Assembly: GCF_964204645.1 (NCBI RefSeq)
Contig: NC_134026.1
Span: 13,638,050-13,702,049, forward strand
Length of the DNA: 64,000 nt
Reading direction: 5' to 3'
Source: Tubulanus polymorphus
Lineage: Eukaryota > Animalia > Nemertea
Position numbers and translations under genes: made by a program
Notes under the pieces: generated by a model
What the model saw: only the letters and a program-made list of their open reading frames with translations
Database searches by the model: none
Told to the model about the DNA's origin: nothing
Part shown: one piece after another, positions 1 through 14,629 of the stretch
How the letters are laid out: each line of letters begins with the position of its first letter
Position numbering within the stretch: position 1 is the stretch's first letter

Positions 1-818
1 CATAGCTTGGATCATGGATACAAGCAAATGACGCGTTATGGACAATTTCTTATCAGATTATCAGTTCTATATGATACAGCATTATGGGACTATATCCATG
101 ACAGTAGAGATACTTCAGATGTTGTTCTTTTAGAAGCGACAACCCCTACATGGCCTTCGACCATAAAAACAATGGGACTCATGCTTACATCTTCACTCAG
201 ACAAATCGTTGTTGCGCTCAACCTACACCGTGGCGTGTGTTGTCTAATACTGACACGGGAGAACAAGGCAATATTGCCTACGAGACTGTACTTAATGTTT
301 ATAACGTGCAGAACTCATCACAGCGCCACAGTTAACAAACTAATGCAGATAATCAGGCTCCAAAACGGATCGCCAAAGCAAATGTCCATAAATGAGTTCA
401 ATTAATGAGAGTAAAACGAGATCCAGTCATGTTAATATCACTTTCACAAAAAATTTGATGCTATCAATTTCGCCAGATATCTTGATGCAACATAACCTTA
501 TGCACAGGATTCTAAAATTTGATGAATCATTGAACACACTTCACACAATAAATCGATAACCACTTCAATTGTACCGCCATTTTATTTTACCCTTTCAGTA
601 CTTGCCATACACCCATCCACTGTACAGAGCCAGAAATCGAAATTTTTGATGATTTTACTAAAACCCCTGGTATAGAGGTGCCGCAAGTGTTAAGAAAGGG
701 GTACTGTACCTACAGAGGGCAATGCAGTGTGCAAACATTTTGGTGATAAAAAAATGTGTTTTTATACTAATCAGGTGCATCACTTAAACCTAATTAGCAT
801 AATTTATATAGTTTTTCA

Positions 819-1375
819 GAACAAGAGCCCCAAGGGGCACTATGGCCAGCCAGTCAGCTTTTCATAAATATGGCAAATGATGCATTCTGTGGGTTATATT
901 TATCAACATTCACTCCCAGCTCAGAGTCAATACCCGCTATAATTTACACAATACAATCGTGTTTTCATAAGTAGCACAGATAGCGACTGGAGCTGGCAGG
1001 AACAAATACCTCAGATTAATCTTTCCCTTGGTCTTATCGATTTGAATGCAGAATAAAATTGAATTTTCTGAAATTTGCTCGATAAAACAAAATTGAATTG
1101 GATTTAATGTTTAATTTGCTCAATAAAGTAAAATTGAATTGGATTTGATGGGTTTTTGCAGAATAAGATATGATTGAATTTGCAGTTTGAGCACATGGCT
1201 AATTAGCATATCAAGGTCATCCATCCGATTTGAGAAAAAGCTATTTTCCCAGACTTTACATAAATGTCAATGATATTTTCTGTAGTGAAAATAAAAATAT
1301 TCCTCCAAAAAATCAAGTCAACTAAAGATTTCACAGAAATCGATCTTGAAATACAATTTTTTATCTTAAAATAAA
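819..1375 (+). mobile_element. 5' part of a HINE/Helentron-like non-autonomous element (family B)
   Basis: Starts aacaagagccccaaggggcactatggccagcc. A diverged paralog of about 550 bp starts at about 25789. Confidence 0.55.
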
Positions 1376-1799
1376 ACCCAGGAGGACGGTAGACGATATG
1401 GCTGTCGCATAAGAGTCTGTCGCGTGAATAAGTCGACCCAACTTTTTGACCTCAAAATCTAAGAATTTTTCATTTACCTCGTGTAATAGTCGACCTCAAC
1501 TTTCTGGGTGATATGAACTGCAGAAACTCTAGAACAATTCTAAAACTCGGCCCCAACCCTATGCTTTATTGATGATGAAGACAGGAAAACGATCAGCCCA
1601 GATGTTTTTGCCGTATTGTTTACATTGCTACTTGCTTGATAGATGGCAGCACCTGCTGGCACGTAATTATTGTATTGCTTTGCTTCTAGATGATGATCGT
1701 AATTTCTTTTAAAGTAAAATATTTTTAAACAAATAAACTGTAGAGAAAATTTGTGTTCAAAACAAATTGTGTCTTTTCTTCAATCGTCTTTAATTAAAA

Positions 1800-2870
1800 C
1801 TGGTGTTTAATACCACGGCCTCTAGGCTATTAACGTCATTTTCATGGCGGCCCACTGGTGGCCATTATTTGAATCAAATCGACCTGATTCTAAAAAAGAT
1901 TCAGGGCCAAGTGATACCCTACTTGTGTACCAAGTTTGAAAGCAATCGGTCAACAATTGCGGCCTCTAGGCTGTTAACGTCATTTCTCATGTCGGCCCCC
2001 TGGTGGCAATAATTAGAATTGAACCAACCCAATTTTACACAAGCTTCTGTCCCAAGTGATATCCTACTTGTATACCTAGTTCGAAATGATTTGGTCAACA
2101 ATTGCGGCCTCTAGGCTGTTAACGTCATTGTTCATGTTGGCCCCCTGGCGGCCATCATTGGAATCCTTTCAACACAATTTTAAATAGGCTTCTGGCCCAA
2201 GTGATATCCTACTTGTGAACGAACTTTGAAATGATTCGGTCAACATTGCACACTTTCGGCTGTTAACGGTGGCCAGTGTACTTGTGTACCAAGTTTGAAA
2301 TGAATCAATCAACAATTGCGGCCTCTAGGCTGTTAAGGTTGTTTTTCATGTTTGCCCCCTGGTGGCAATAATTTGAATCCAATCAACCCAGTTTTGATTA
2401 GGCTTCGGGCCCAAATGATCCTACATGTGAACCAAGTTTGAAATGATTCGGTCTACAATTGCGGCCATTAGGCTGTTAACGGTGTTTTTCATGTCGGCCC
2501 CCTGGTGGCCAGAATTTGAATCGAACCAACCCAATTTTGAATAGGGTTCTGGCCCTAAAAATATCCTACTTATGTACCAAGTTTGAAATGAATCGGTCAC
2601 CAATTGGAGCCTTTAGGCTGTTAACGTCGTTTTTTTCATGTCGGCCCCCTGTTGGCCATAATTTGCATCGAACCAACCCAATTTTAAAAAGGGTTTTGGC
2701 CCAAGTGATATTCTACTTGTGTACCAAGTTTGAAAACAATTGGTCGACAATTACGGCCTCTAGGCTGTTAACATCAATCGTGGCGGCGGCAGCGGAGGCG
2801 GGGGCGCTGCGTATTCAGATCTAAATTCTATATGCCCCTCTCAACTAAAGTTGAGCTGGGGGCCATAAAA
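1800..2870 (+). mobile_element. HINE-like element (family C) with an array of ~120-bp tandem repeats
   Basis: About 8 copies of the unit tacttgtgtaccaagtttgaaatga..tcggtcaacaattgcggcctctaggctgttaacg. These are followed by a (GGC)n-like tract and a terminal hairpin gcccc.ctcaactaaagttgag.tgggggc plus an A run. A related copy lies at 27194-27748. Confidence 0.65.
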
Positions 2871-3188
2871 AGTCTGCTTGTTTGGGATCACTTTAAAAGC
2901 CATTTGTGTGATAAAGTAATTTCGAGAGTGCGCTCTCAAAATACCAATATAGCCATTATCCCAGAGGACTCACTAGTGTTCTAAAACCCCTGGATGTTTG
3001 TTTGAACAAGCCCTTCAAAGACGCAATCCCAAAGGAGTGGAATAAATTGATGATGGAGGCCAAAGTAGGCAATATGCATGCACCCTCCTTACCGGCCATG
3101 TGTAAATGGGTCGTTGATGCCTGGAACGAACTAGACATCAAAACCATTCAAAATCCGTTCAAAAAATGTGGCGTATCCAATGCATTAG
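2868..3188 (+). pseudogene. pogo/Tigger-like DDE transposase C-terminal fragment
   Basis: Translates KSLLVWDHFKSHL..IAIIP.GLTSVLKPLDVCLNKPFKD..CKWVVDAW..FKKCGVSNAL, the pogo DDE_1 signature. Pogo-like terminal motifs (gtg.a.aagtcgacc) occur near 1420-1495 and 6020-6038. Confidence 0.8.
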
Positions 3189-6044
3189 CAGAGCTGCCAA
3201 CCTTGAAAAATCCTTTCAGGGACATTAAAATTTTTTTTCTGGGACCAGACACATTTTTCAAGGACATAGTGCCAGGGACTTATCATATACACTCGCACTG
3301 GGACAAAATTTTACAGAAGAAAAAAATGAGGGACAATTTGATGACACTCAGGGACTCAACAAACAATTTGACAAACAAATGCATTTCTGAGCTTCTGAAC
3401 ACAACTCTTATTGAAAATTATTACAAGAATTGGCTAAAATAGAATGTTCCTGGTTGTTTCTAGATGGTTTTGAAAGTCTGGGGTCGATATGAACAAAATT
3501 CTGTTTACCTTCAACCTGGGCCGCCTGGGCCCCCCCGGAAATTGAATTGCTTATGTCAGCTACGATTATTGGCAACTGCAATGGCTTAGATGGTCACGTG
3601 ATAAGCATTTTGAGAATAAATTAGATTTATTCTCAAAATTATTGGGGAATATATTTCTTTTAGAAAAGTTATTTCTTTAAGATCTTTATCTTTCTGATTC
3701 TGTTTTGAGTACAATGTGCTAGCGACATCATATTAAGATGGCCGCTTACACCATAATTCTACCAATTTCGCTTCTAGATCTTCGGTCCAGTCATCTGCCA
3801 TGCTGAAGGTTTGGTTTACATTTTGAAATACATGAATTTGAAAGTTTATGACTAATTACGAATGACGAACTAGCGGTCATAATTTGTACAATGTATATGC
3901 GGTCTCTTATTGGCTGGAACCCTTGCGCTCAGTTCCGTTGCGTCGCAGATGAGCTTATTATGTCGGTTGCAATCGAAAGCAACTGTCCGCCTACCGTAGG
4001 CCGGAGTAGAACATGGGCAACTAGCCGGATACGGCTTGCGACGAGTCGGTAGGCGTCGGGTTGCCCTCGCAAGCCGGCTTATGTCGAACCGATAGAGCAG
4101 CAACTGGTGGCCTCTCATAGGCCGCTAGTTGGCGCTAATCGGCGATAAACCCAGTTGCGTCGGTAGGCGTCGCGTTGCTTGTCGACATAAGCCAGCCTTT
4201 ATATGTCCAGCACAGTGAGTCGGATGCCGCTGATAAAATTTTGTTTACATGAGCTGACCCCGATTCGCTGGGGTGTGCTGGCCTAAATTAAGATCAATTT
4301 CTATAAGAGCATAGCTGGTGAATCATCACCAAACAAAACGTCAAGTGTTGCCAAGACTACCAGGCATCGACGCGTGACCTCATTCACTTGTAGATGAAAA
4401 CATACATAGGCCTAATAGTTATGATGATGATGATGATCGTGAATTTGAAGGATTTTAGTGCACTACGAATAGAATATGTACCAGGTATTAATAGACAGAA
4501 CTGTTTATTGTGCTCATTTAGTGCTGTAGTTATTCCATGTGTGCTTTGTGTGTTTTGATAAGGAGAACAATATACCATGCCAGGCAAGTACCGGCATGGT
4601 GTGACTATGAATGCACTTAATCTGTAAACTAATCTTGTCTAATGATTGTTTACTGTTTGTCATAATAACAGCCTATTACTAATTTGATATCATGTATCAA
4701 ACAAGAAAGAAATTCTAAAAATGGGCTTGCTGACATGGTTGTACTGAAAGCTGGTTTGGTGGTAGCAGAATTAATTGAACTTTGAATTGATTACTTAATA
4801 AAGAGCTAAGAGATCGGTGTTGTCTTACATCGTTTCATGAAATGTTAATGAAATGTTACACATGTTGACTGGGAATCGGAATGGTTTTATTGTAAACGTG
4901 GACCAAGTTAGTGCAAGCTTTTTGATAGTTGTTATTTGAATATTGTAGAGTCTTAACGGATCTATCATCATGTTGATAATTGCTAGATTACTTATCGGAT
5001 TGTGTTGAAATGATTATGCATAGAAAAATTTACAGCTGAAAGAAACAATGTGACTAACTTGAGTGACTTCAGGTGAAGAGAAGCAAACACGAAAATAGAT
5101 TTTTCTTTTTAAAATAATAAAGACATTAAGCAAGAATAAGTTGCATTTCCTTCAAATGACAATCCACTACGATCATCCGATAAAGTTTATTGCCACCATA
5201 GACTACTGCCCTCTGGCTCTTTAAAGAGACAGGGAACCAGTTCATCAATTCAATTCAATTCAATTCAGAATCTATTTTACAGAAAAGCGTTCTAAGTTTT
5301 ATTAGATATTAAAACTGAAAAATATAAATGTTCATAAAGAGATTTTTCAAATGGCCACTTACGCAAGCACCCAATGAAAGTAAAAGAAACTTAAAAGAAT
5401 TTTTTTTAAACATGAAAGTAAATGTTTTGTGAAATTTTGTGTCAATAAAGAATGAATTGAATTGTTGGCAGCACTATGCCGTGCATGAATACCAATTTCA
5501 AGACTGATCACGCACGCTCAACCAAGGTTGGTATGCGCTGCTGAAATAACAAAAACGATTAAACGAAATCATAAAACAATAAAAACGACAACCGATTTAG
5601 CCAATATACGAACGGAACCTAGATTTTATTACTGCATTAAATGTGTGTAAATATCAGAGCCCAAGAAAGTTTCTAACGAAAGTTATCGACTCCCCAAGCA
5701 AGTTATCAATCCGTATGATAGCAATATGGGCTTGCAAGCATGCAAGCCCATGAAAATAAAGTTATATATAAACTAAAATGAACGAAATTGATTGAAAAAG
5801 TTTTTTTCTTTTATTTTCATTAAGTTGACTGCAACACACTTGAACACCTGTAGATGGCAGAAGCTATTGGTAGTCAATGGTTCTAGTTTTCTTCGGATCT
5901 TTGTTTTCAATTACCTAGATCTACCTTCAGACCCCATTATTAAGTCCTTGCTTCCAGTAATACATATAACAGATTGAATTGGTCGACAGCAGTGAAAATT
6001 TTTATGACTCGATGATATAACTCGTGTAAAAGTCGACCTTGAAC

Positions 6045-9000
6045 AAGAGGCCCGACTGGAGCCGACCGGAACTGACTGGAGCCGACGGGAGCCAATTAAA
6101 AACCGACTGGATGAGGCTCGAATTATCTTCGAATTGCATGATTACACATAAAGACAGTGCGCAACTTATAAGACTCTACGCAAAGAGAGGAACATTTTTC
6201 TATTTCTTTGTTCAAAAATCTCCAAAATCACATCGTCGACCGGAAGAGAGATGCCACATTTTTATTTTTTTTTTCTATCAACTTCAAAAGCTTAACACAA
6301 CTATCTATCAAAACTATAACGCTCAACTGATGGAAAATTGATGATTCCAAAAACCTCGTCGCCAGAACTCTGGGCAAAGAAAAAGGACGAACAATGCGTA
6401 TACAAAACCGGCGTATCCAATAAACGGCAAAAAATAAATGACTCTTTATATGTTTGTCATTTGATTGTTTGAAAAGCAATTTAGGTTTTGAACTCATTGT
6501 GGTCCATGGCACCAAAAATGTTTCTATTATATCAAGCGTTTAGTGGTTCATTTCACGATTTTGTCCACGATAGTAAACATCCGATTTTCAAAACGGAAAA
6601 ATGCTACTACATGTAGCAGGAAAAAACACTTGAATAATGTAAATAAACGTAACATGTTTCGAATACATATAGTAACAAAATAAATATATAAATATAGCTG
6701 CAAAGCAGCGATAACTGGTTTCTGCCATGCTGGGTTAAATGCCATACTAGGAAGGTTGCAAAACATTTCACTGAAATCGGTTCATTACGTACCACTATCT
6801 GTGAAGAAGCGCCACCTAGGGGTCAGCCTGTATCATAGGTCTGCCCATATCATGGATATGTTGACCCATGGCTCTTAAGCGCAAAGTAATAATGTACCAA
6901 GTTTAGGGAAAATAACTTCGAGAATATAGGTGATACAGTGTTCTACCATTCCCTCGTGGCAGTTGTATCGACTAATTTAGCTGGTTAGCCTAGTATACCT
7001 ATGTACATGTACTCACACCAGGTTTTGTGATATCTATAATAAAATGGCAGAATTACACGTGAAAAACGGATGATAGAATGACTTTTCAAGATAAACGCCC
7101 CCTAGTGATTAGAATAGGAACTAATTATGTGAGGTTCGTTGTATCTCATATCCAAGTACATGTGTATCAATTATTATAGAAATCCCTCGTTCCGATTAGT
7201 AGATATCAATGAAAATGCATTTCCAACAACTTGTAGATGGCGCTACTGGAGCACCATATGAGTTACCTACTTAAACCATACATCAATACAAGTGTCTTGC
7301 AAAGGGCTACTAACCACACGTTGCAACATCGATTCTATCACCAACCGTTAAGGACCTAGGGGCAAAAATCGTTGTTATTATAGAAATCCCTCGTTCCGAT
7401 TAGTAGATATCAATGAAAATGCATTTCCAACAACTTTTAGATGGCGCTACTGGAGCACCATATGAGTTACCTACTTAAACCATACATCAATACAAGTGTC
7501 TTGCAAAGGGCTACTAACCACACGTTGCAACATCGATTATATCACCAACCGTTAAGGACCTAGGGGCAAAAATCGTTGTTTTCACAGTCCCCTGGTGGCA
7601 GTTGTATGAACTTATCATGCAGGTTGGCATATTACACACATGTCTTTGTACTTATACCAAGTTTAGTGATTTTAATAATCAACAGACTGCATTACATGCA
7701 AAAATGGATGCTGAAACCGATTTTCCAAAATGTACGCCCCTAGTGGATAAAATAGGAACTAATTATGTAAGGGGTTCGTTGCATTTAGTAACCAGGTACA
7801 TGTGTATCAATTTTTATAGAAATGCATTGATACCCTTAGTCGATATAGATGAAAATGCGTTTTCCAGCATCTTATAGGTGGCGCTATTGGAGAACCATAT
7901 GAGTTACATAGTTATACCATACATCGATACAAGCGTCTTGTCAAGGGCAACTGGTCGGAACCACGATTCTATCTCCAACAGTTAAGGAGCTAAGAGCAAT
8001 ATCTCATTCAGAAATTTTCGAGCCCGTAAAGCCCAAACAGTTAATCGCAGATAGGGCATGCCATTGACTTTTTTAGCCTCGGGCCTGTCATGAACAACTT
8101 TCGTGCTTGGCTGAAGTGGAAAACTCAAAGACAAAAATTTTTCTCACACAGTAACATTTCGATGTAAGAATTTTCAAAAGTAAAACGCCCCCTGGTGGGT
8201 GAACGGGGTCCCCAATCAAAGATCCCCTCGACTTACAGGGAAGTTGCTGCAACAATGCTATTGCTTGTATGCGGCACAAACATGGCTATAAAAATTCCTC
8301 AGTTGGGTTCACTCAAGACTCACCTCATTCAGTGCGCCACATATATAGTAGCAGAGATAAAAAAAACTAAAAAACTACAGATCTAGTACATAGCTCTATC
8401 ACCGCTTATAGGGACACTGACACAAACACACGTACTGACGCGCTGTGGGAATGAAGCAGAAACCGAATGCAGAAGAAACAGAATGCGAAGGCAGCAGAAA
8501 CCCTAATAATAGAATATGATAGAAATAATGATCTGACTAATATTACATGAGAAAAATCATGTTTGATGACAGGGGCATTTTTATTATTGTCTTTTGAACT
8601 TCAAAAAATTTTTAAAAAGTTATCTCTGCAAAATATTCAGTTGCGAAACACTGTCTCTGAGTAAAGTCTGTCTCAGTCCAGTTTGCCGCGGCATATCAAA
8701 GCTTTTCAATCATAACATTGCCTGATTCTGGTGGTTACTGCATGGTAACTGCGCACTCCACAGCATGATGTCTGGCCACTGTATCCAAGAGTGCATATAC
8801 AGGTTTCTAACTGACCAGAGCCTTCATAAGCAGTCCTCAAAAAGTGACAAAAATGTTGTCATTCTATTCTTACGGATTCGTGTTTTTCATGTTTTTATTC
8901 TACATGATGCGTGCGACACCATCTGGCCTCAGTCTTATGAATTGAAAAAAAACATTCTAAAGAGCCTCAGAATATTTCGAAAGAATAAACAATAGTTTAG

Positions 9001-9540
9001 AACTATTTTCGAAGAAATTAACGGTTGAAAAGTAGATATTGAAACTGGAAAGGCGACGGGGATAAGTGAGCGATCATTCGTAATATACGGAAACAGATGA
9101 AAGACACTGGACGATTTTTACATTTTACTGATTGCCTCTACAGCTGTGTTGTATGTTCAAAATCTAACAGATTCCAGGAAATTGGTCCATCAAAACACCC
9201 CTGACAACTTCAAAACAAACCTATGAAAACTATTTATAAAAGATATGAACTCTTGGATATCTCAAGAGTTGAAAATAATTCTAAGATATATCAGAAATGC
9301 AACAAGGTTGCAAAGCAAATCTGAATTCAATCGTAACTCTTGCTCTTGTTACCACTTCAGCTGTCAGTACCAATTAAAATGTGTACATTTGATATCCTTT
9401 GCCTAACAAATGCTGTGGCAAACTGGGCTGAGACAGACTTTAGTCAGCTCCATCCAGTCGGTTTCCAGTTGGTTCCAGTGGTTTCCAGTGGTTTCCAGTC
9501 GGTTCCGGTCGGCTCCGGTCGGTTTTTAGTAGGGGCGCAC
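6045..9540. mobile_element. Non-autonomous element with inverted 10-bp microsatellite arms, hosting a nested HINE at ~6690-8510
   Basis: The left arm (ccgactggag/ccgaccggaa repeats, 6052-6110) is the reverse complement of the right arm (ccagtcggtt/ccggtcggct, 9453-9528). The nested element starts atagctgcaaagcagcgataac and ends cagaaaccctaataat. Confidence 0.5.
7171..7578 (+). repeat. Near-perfect 204-bp tandem duplication
   Basis: 7171-7374 and 7375-7578 both begin ttattatagaaatccctcgttccg; about 2 differences were seen. Confidence 0.9.
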
Positions 9541-9542
9541 GG

Positions 9543-10500
9543 CCTTATACCTTCATGACCCAGTAGAAGAAGAATGATTGAGTATTCAAAGTTTTACAGA
9601 AAGATTTACATTGTAACGATGTAACAAGTTTTAAGATAGTTAAGATGGTATAGGCTATGTGGCGATAATGTTCATTTTCTGTCAATATATCCTTACATGA
9701 AGACAAGCCCATTTTAGCTGCCCCAAAGATCACACTACATGAAAAAATGCATCAAGAATTGGTGTAGGCATCGTGCTGAAAAGAAATCCAAGATGGATGG
9801 CAACCCTAGTGGCCATACTTGAACTCAATTTTCAATAAGGGGTAGACATTTAACCTACCGAAATTCTTACACCTAGTATCATGAAAATGCATCAAGAATT
9901 GCAGGCTATTTCGTGCTTGAAATTCAAGATGGCTGACCTGGCGGCCATATTTGAAAGCCAATGACCTCCATATACAAAAGGCATGGACAGCTTATCTGCT
10001 CTGATCCTCACACCAAATTTTGTGGAAATCCATCAAGAATTGCGGGCTGCATCGTGCAAACAAGAAATTCAAGATGGCCACATAATGGCAGCCATATTTG
10101 ATCACCAATGACATTTTTTTACAAAAGGGGTGGACATCTCGCCAGACCCAATCTTCAAGCTAATTTTCAATAAGATTTATCGCAAATTACAGGCGAATTA
10201 CGGTGTCATTTCATGTGAATTCAATTCAATTCCAGAGGGCCTGGCTTAGACCTATGCAATAGGAGTCAATTTAAGATTCGACTTTTTGAAAAACGAGCAC
10301 AGATGCATATTCAAATCACATGTAATTAAAAACATATGCTTCTTAGTTTGATGTCCCTGTTTTCATCGCGCACGTGGTTAAAATTATTGTTTACATCGAA
10401 CATCTTCAACAGCTGATACAACCGCACCCGCGTCTGTCAATCATCTTAATCTATTCATATACTTATATGCTCACTACGAAAAAACAATTAACAATCCATT
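9543..10500 (+). mobile_element. HINE-like repeat family D, uninterrupted copy
   Basis: Colinear with 27915-27996 plus 36276-37130, so it provides the empty-site sequence for the KDZ insertion. Confidence 0.7.
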
Positions 10501-11237
10501 ATATAATACTTCATAACTTTGAAGAGGCGCACCGGCAGCGAACGCTCAAGCATGGTCAGTCACGTAGGCCGACGATAAGACAAAACAGACCATGGTTTAG
10601 ACCATGGTTTTCGAAACAACTGTTTGTACGAAGTAACTGAAGTACTTCAAAGATTTTGCGACAGATGGTGCATGGGTATTATGAATATTCTCTATGAAAA
10701 TGCAGGGCGACGTTGACCGTGTACAATGTAGCGAAGCTGTGGTACGAAAGTCACCGGTGATCATGCACCATGTAACGAAAGGGTCAACACTTTAACACCG
10801 AACACTCCACGAAAATTACATATGACCAAGCTTTTGATGAAATAAGGATCTTCTGACACAAATAGCATTGAATTTTCATATCATTTGGATAGTTAAAGAA
10901 GCTGCATAAAACTCGCTCAAATAAATCAAATTTTTTACCTTTTTGGGAAGGTCTACACTCACTGTACATTGAGTGTGATATACGCAATACGGGCAGTGAG
11001 AGGTCACCAGCACAGCATAGCGCAGAGTCAGCTATGGTATGAACGACTGTTTTATCAGAAAACTTGTATAAAAAGATTGAAACTTATGGTGAACTGAAGC
11101 TTATACATGTGCCATCTATTCATATTTCATACACTATAGGGCTACTGGTCCCCCAGCATTCTGTTACCAAAACAAGGTCACAGCACACACGGTGCATCTA
11201 GGACACTAAAAGGGTTTTAAGGTTTAATAATACTAAC

Positions 11238-11269
11238 CTCTTTTCCATTTATTGAAACAAATTTTGACT
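11238..11269 (-). CDS. INPP5A: INPP5A-like short exon
   Basis: 32-bp exon with ctttcgtactttcag acceptor and gttagt donor. It continues the previous exon in phase 1 and encodes (E)SKFVSINGKE, versus recalled AKKYRKVAGKE. Confidence 0.75.
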
Positions 11270-12159
11270 CTGAAAGTACGAAAGAAATTTGCATATATTT
11301 TCATGTTGTAAGTGACAAGTTCTACACTATGCAAATCCAAATCAGATCATTGTATTTCAAACTAGATGAGGTGGTACGCCTCTAACGCCCCCTCCCATTG
11401 GCTCACTTTTGCATTGAGTTGGACACCATGCCACTTGGTATGTACCATGTACAATGGGTCGTGGTTTGAAATGCTTAACAATCTATTTCAATATTTAGCG
11501 TACCCTAACATATATGACCTTGAAACTCATCTATATCATAGAATATGTCATGAGCTAGAATTTTGCAATTGCTTTAGGTAATCAAATATGCCTAGGTACC
11601 AATATAATATGAAAAGAATAAAGTTATTCCACTCATAACATCAACTCATCAACAAGATCTTTTCTTTGTCAATTTTGATGATTTCAAACAAAGAGCGCAT
11701 AATTCTTTTGGTTTTATTACCTGGAAACTACATCCCATTGCAGTTAATTTGCTAGAAAGTACTTCGCGCCAAGAGGTTAATTTCTTGGAAATTGCAACAA
11801 AAAGCAGATTTACAAAATTTCGGAATCCCCTTTTTAATTTCAAAGTGCCATTTTTATAAGTTGTGCTACCCACGACAGTGTCCCTGGATCCGCCCCTGTA
11901 GTGTATTCCTTGTATAAGTTGACCTATGTGTTCTTGACATGATTTTTGGTCACAAAACCTCGACTTATACACCGGAAAAATATAAGTTAGTTTATTTTAA
12001 TCGCAATTCTCCTAATAATACAAACAAGAAAGCCCTGCTCACGAGTAAAAATATGTGTAACTAATTTTGATTTCTTTTTTAGTGTATTAGTAACAAAAAC
12101 CAATCGTAATCAAATCATTTATGTCGGCGAATCTTCTTCTGACTCGTGTTAACTAAAAT

Positions 12160-13544
12160 ATGGTGTACCGCACTGGTGGACCCCTACTGTATACTATCTA
12201 CATTCTACCTATGGGGGATATCATTAGACAGTTCAACTTTCATTTGACTTTCATTTGTATGCTGATGATTTGCAGTTGCAGTGTTCTCCATTGTAATAAT
12301 ATTTTCTCAGGGGCGGTATGTATGCGAGAATGAGCGCTGAAGGCGCTAGCACTTATGAGGATAGGGGGGTCAAATTTTCTATTTTTAGTTGCTCAGATGC
12401 GTTGAAGCACTTGTCTGCCAGTGATTAGTAGTCTTACGTGCATAAAATAGTTTGATGTTCTTCCATTTATGTAATTTAGATATGTCAATAACGCTCAGCT
12501 AGCATTAAATTTATTTCCATTTGGTAACCTAAAAAATATTTTGGTTATCATAATAAAAGTTTATCTACGGGCATTGAAACTTGAAAAGTTGAGGCCGCTG
12601 GTTTCGTTAATTCAGCTGGTGAGGCAGCAGTGTCGGAACCTTTGCGACCATTGATTTTTTTTTATTTTTAGCATGCCGGGAAATCCCAGGGTATTCATAG
12701 GCCTACCTGAGCGGCGCCACGTGGCTTCCTGGTGAGCCGTTTCTACAATTGTTGACATATTTAATAAGTTTATATGGTGTGAAGCTTTGTCTAACTCACT
12801 CTATTTATATAATTATTGACATACGTGGTGTTTCAACTTATTGGGACAAAGTAGATCAATTTTTTTTGTAGTGGTGCTTGACTATTATAGAAGGGCGGAA
12901 AAAAATAACAGGGGCGGATTTTCACGTTTTCAAATTTTCAAAGGGCGGCCCACCCCTCAGAAACCACTTACGGAAAACATTGAGTTGTGCATCAAGATTA
13001 AACGTAAGGTTGACTTCCGAGTTTAACTTGCGCTAACAATACCCTCCAGCTTTGCTGCGCTGATCTGAAGTGATGGATGGATTTAAATTTTTTACTGACA
13101 AATGGAGACAAAACCGAGTTTTCACTTATCGTAATCCATCACAGCTCACCAAGCTCTCTGTTTTGTATTAGATCTAGACGATTCTGTTATCACCCCTGTT
13201 CATTCGGTCAGAAACCTAGGTGTCATTTTTAAGGACAGTATGACTATGTCGAAACATATCAATAAGTTATGCTCTAGAGCATATTACCACTTACAGAACA
13301 TTAGTAAAATTAGACAATTTTTGGTCCAAGTGACTGCTGAATGCCTCATTCATGCTTATGTAACCACTCGTCTAGATTACTGTAATTCTTTGCTATTTTG
13401 TCTCCCAGAAAATATTATAACTAAGCTACAGCGTGTTCAAAATTCTGCAGCTCGAGTTGTTGCTCGAAACTCAAAATTCTGTCATATATCACCAATTCTT
13501 CATGACCTTCACTGGCTCTCAATCAAATCCCATATCCAGTTTAA
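12160..13544 (+). pseudogene. L2-clade LINE reverse transcriptase relic, 5' piece (interrupted by a ~0.67 kb MITE-like insert at ~12308-12972)
   Basis: Reads GVP..GPLLYTIYILPMGDIIRQF..FHLYADDLQL, then SVRNLGVIF..HAYVTTRLDYCNSLL..KLQRVQNSAAR..LHWLSIKSHIQF. Confidence 0.85.
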
Positions 13545-14629
13545 CCCTATAACTGCCGCTCCCGAGATAGTCGGGAGCGTAATTTCACCCCAAACTGCCG
13601 CTCCCGAAATAGTCGGGAGCTGAATGAATATCACTAGGAAGTGTCTGCACCTGGCGGATATTGATAGAACTATATCGGTAGTACAGACACAAACTTAACT
13701 TCAAGGTCGTAGAGTTTTTATGGAAAAATTTTACGCATTTACTTAAAATTTACGCTTAGAAAATGACTTGATGTGTAATAATAAGTGTGCTTATTGTCTT
13801 ATGGATAATGATAGATCAACAAAGCGACTAAGGTTGGACCAATTCGTTGATATTTTTGATCAGAATGATAACACATTTGGACATTTGAGTGATGAAGCGT
13901 GAGATGAGAATTCATAATTTGGTGTTGAGGATGGTAGTTTGGATTTTGAGGAGGGTGATGATTTTGACAGTAACCATGGCAACGCTGAAAATAATTTGGA
14001 TGATCATGATTATAACAGTGATGGAATTCAGCCAGCTGGTCATTATTTTTGTGGTAACATTCCCTTGTGTCCTTATCCTTGTTTCAAAATATGGCATGCT
14101 AAAAAGAATCTGACTGAAAATTGAATGTGTGTTCGAAATCCGAGAATTTTGGTATCAGAGGAGTGACCATATTCTGGCATAAAAAAAGCAATAAAAACTG
14201 AATTACGATAGTTATCAATATGAAATAAACTTTATTAGGTAGCAATCATTACATATAAGTGTATTAGATTGAAAATAATCATATCTTTGCTTACTGTAAC
14301 ATGATATATGAGTTTGAAATTTCATTTTTCGATTGGAATGGAGTTCAGCGGCCATCTTGATGACGTCATTGGTTGACCTAGTTTATTCTGCGTCACTTTT
14401 TTTGGTGGGATAAGATAGCTTAGTACATTTACTTTCTAACCATATATAGTTTGCATGAGTTAAATTCAGAAGTAAAAGCCATGGAGCTACTTGAATATAT
14501 TGTTATTATTATTATTTATTATTATTTATTTTTCCATTTTGAATTATAATAATCGTACAAAGTAATACAAATACAAGTATAGCTGCAAAGCAGCGATAAC
14601 AGGTTTTCTGCACAGTCTTAGAATCCTGT

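Noticed and set aside
7-405. 132-aa ORF at the window start
   Set aside because: Non-ATG start, no recognisable motif in the frames tried, and no splice support.
3189-5475. Single hAT MITE bounded by cagagctgccaac / gttggcagcacta
   Set aside because: TIR-like ends are present but there is no matching TSD; they may be two unrelated ends.
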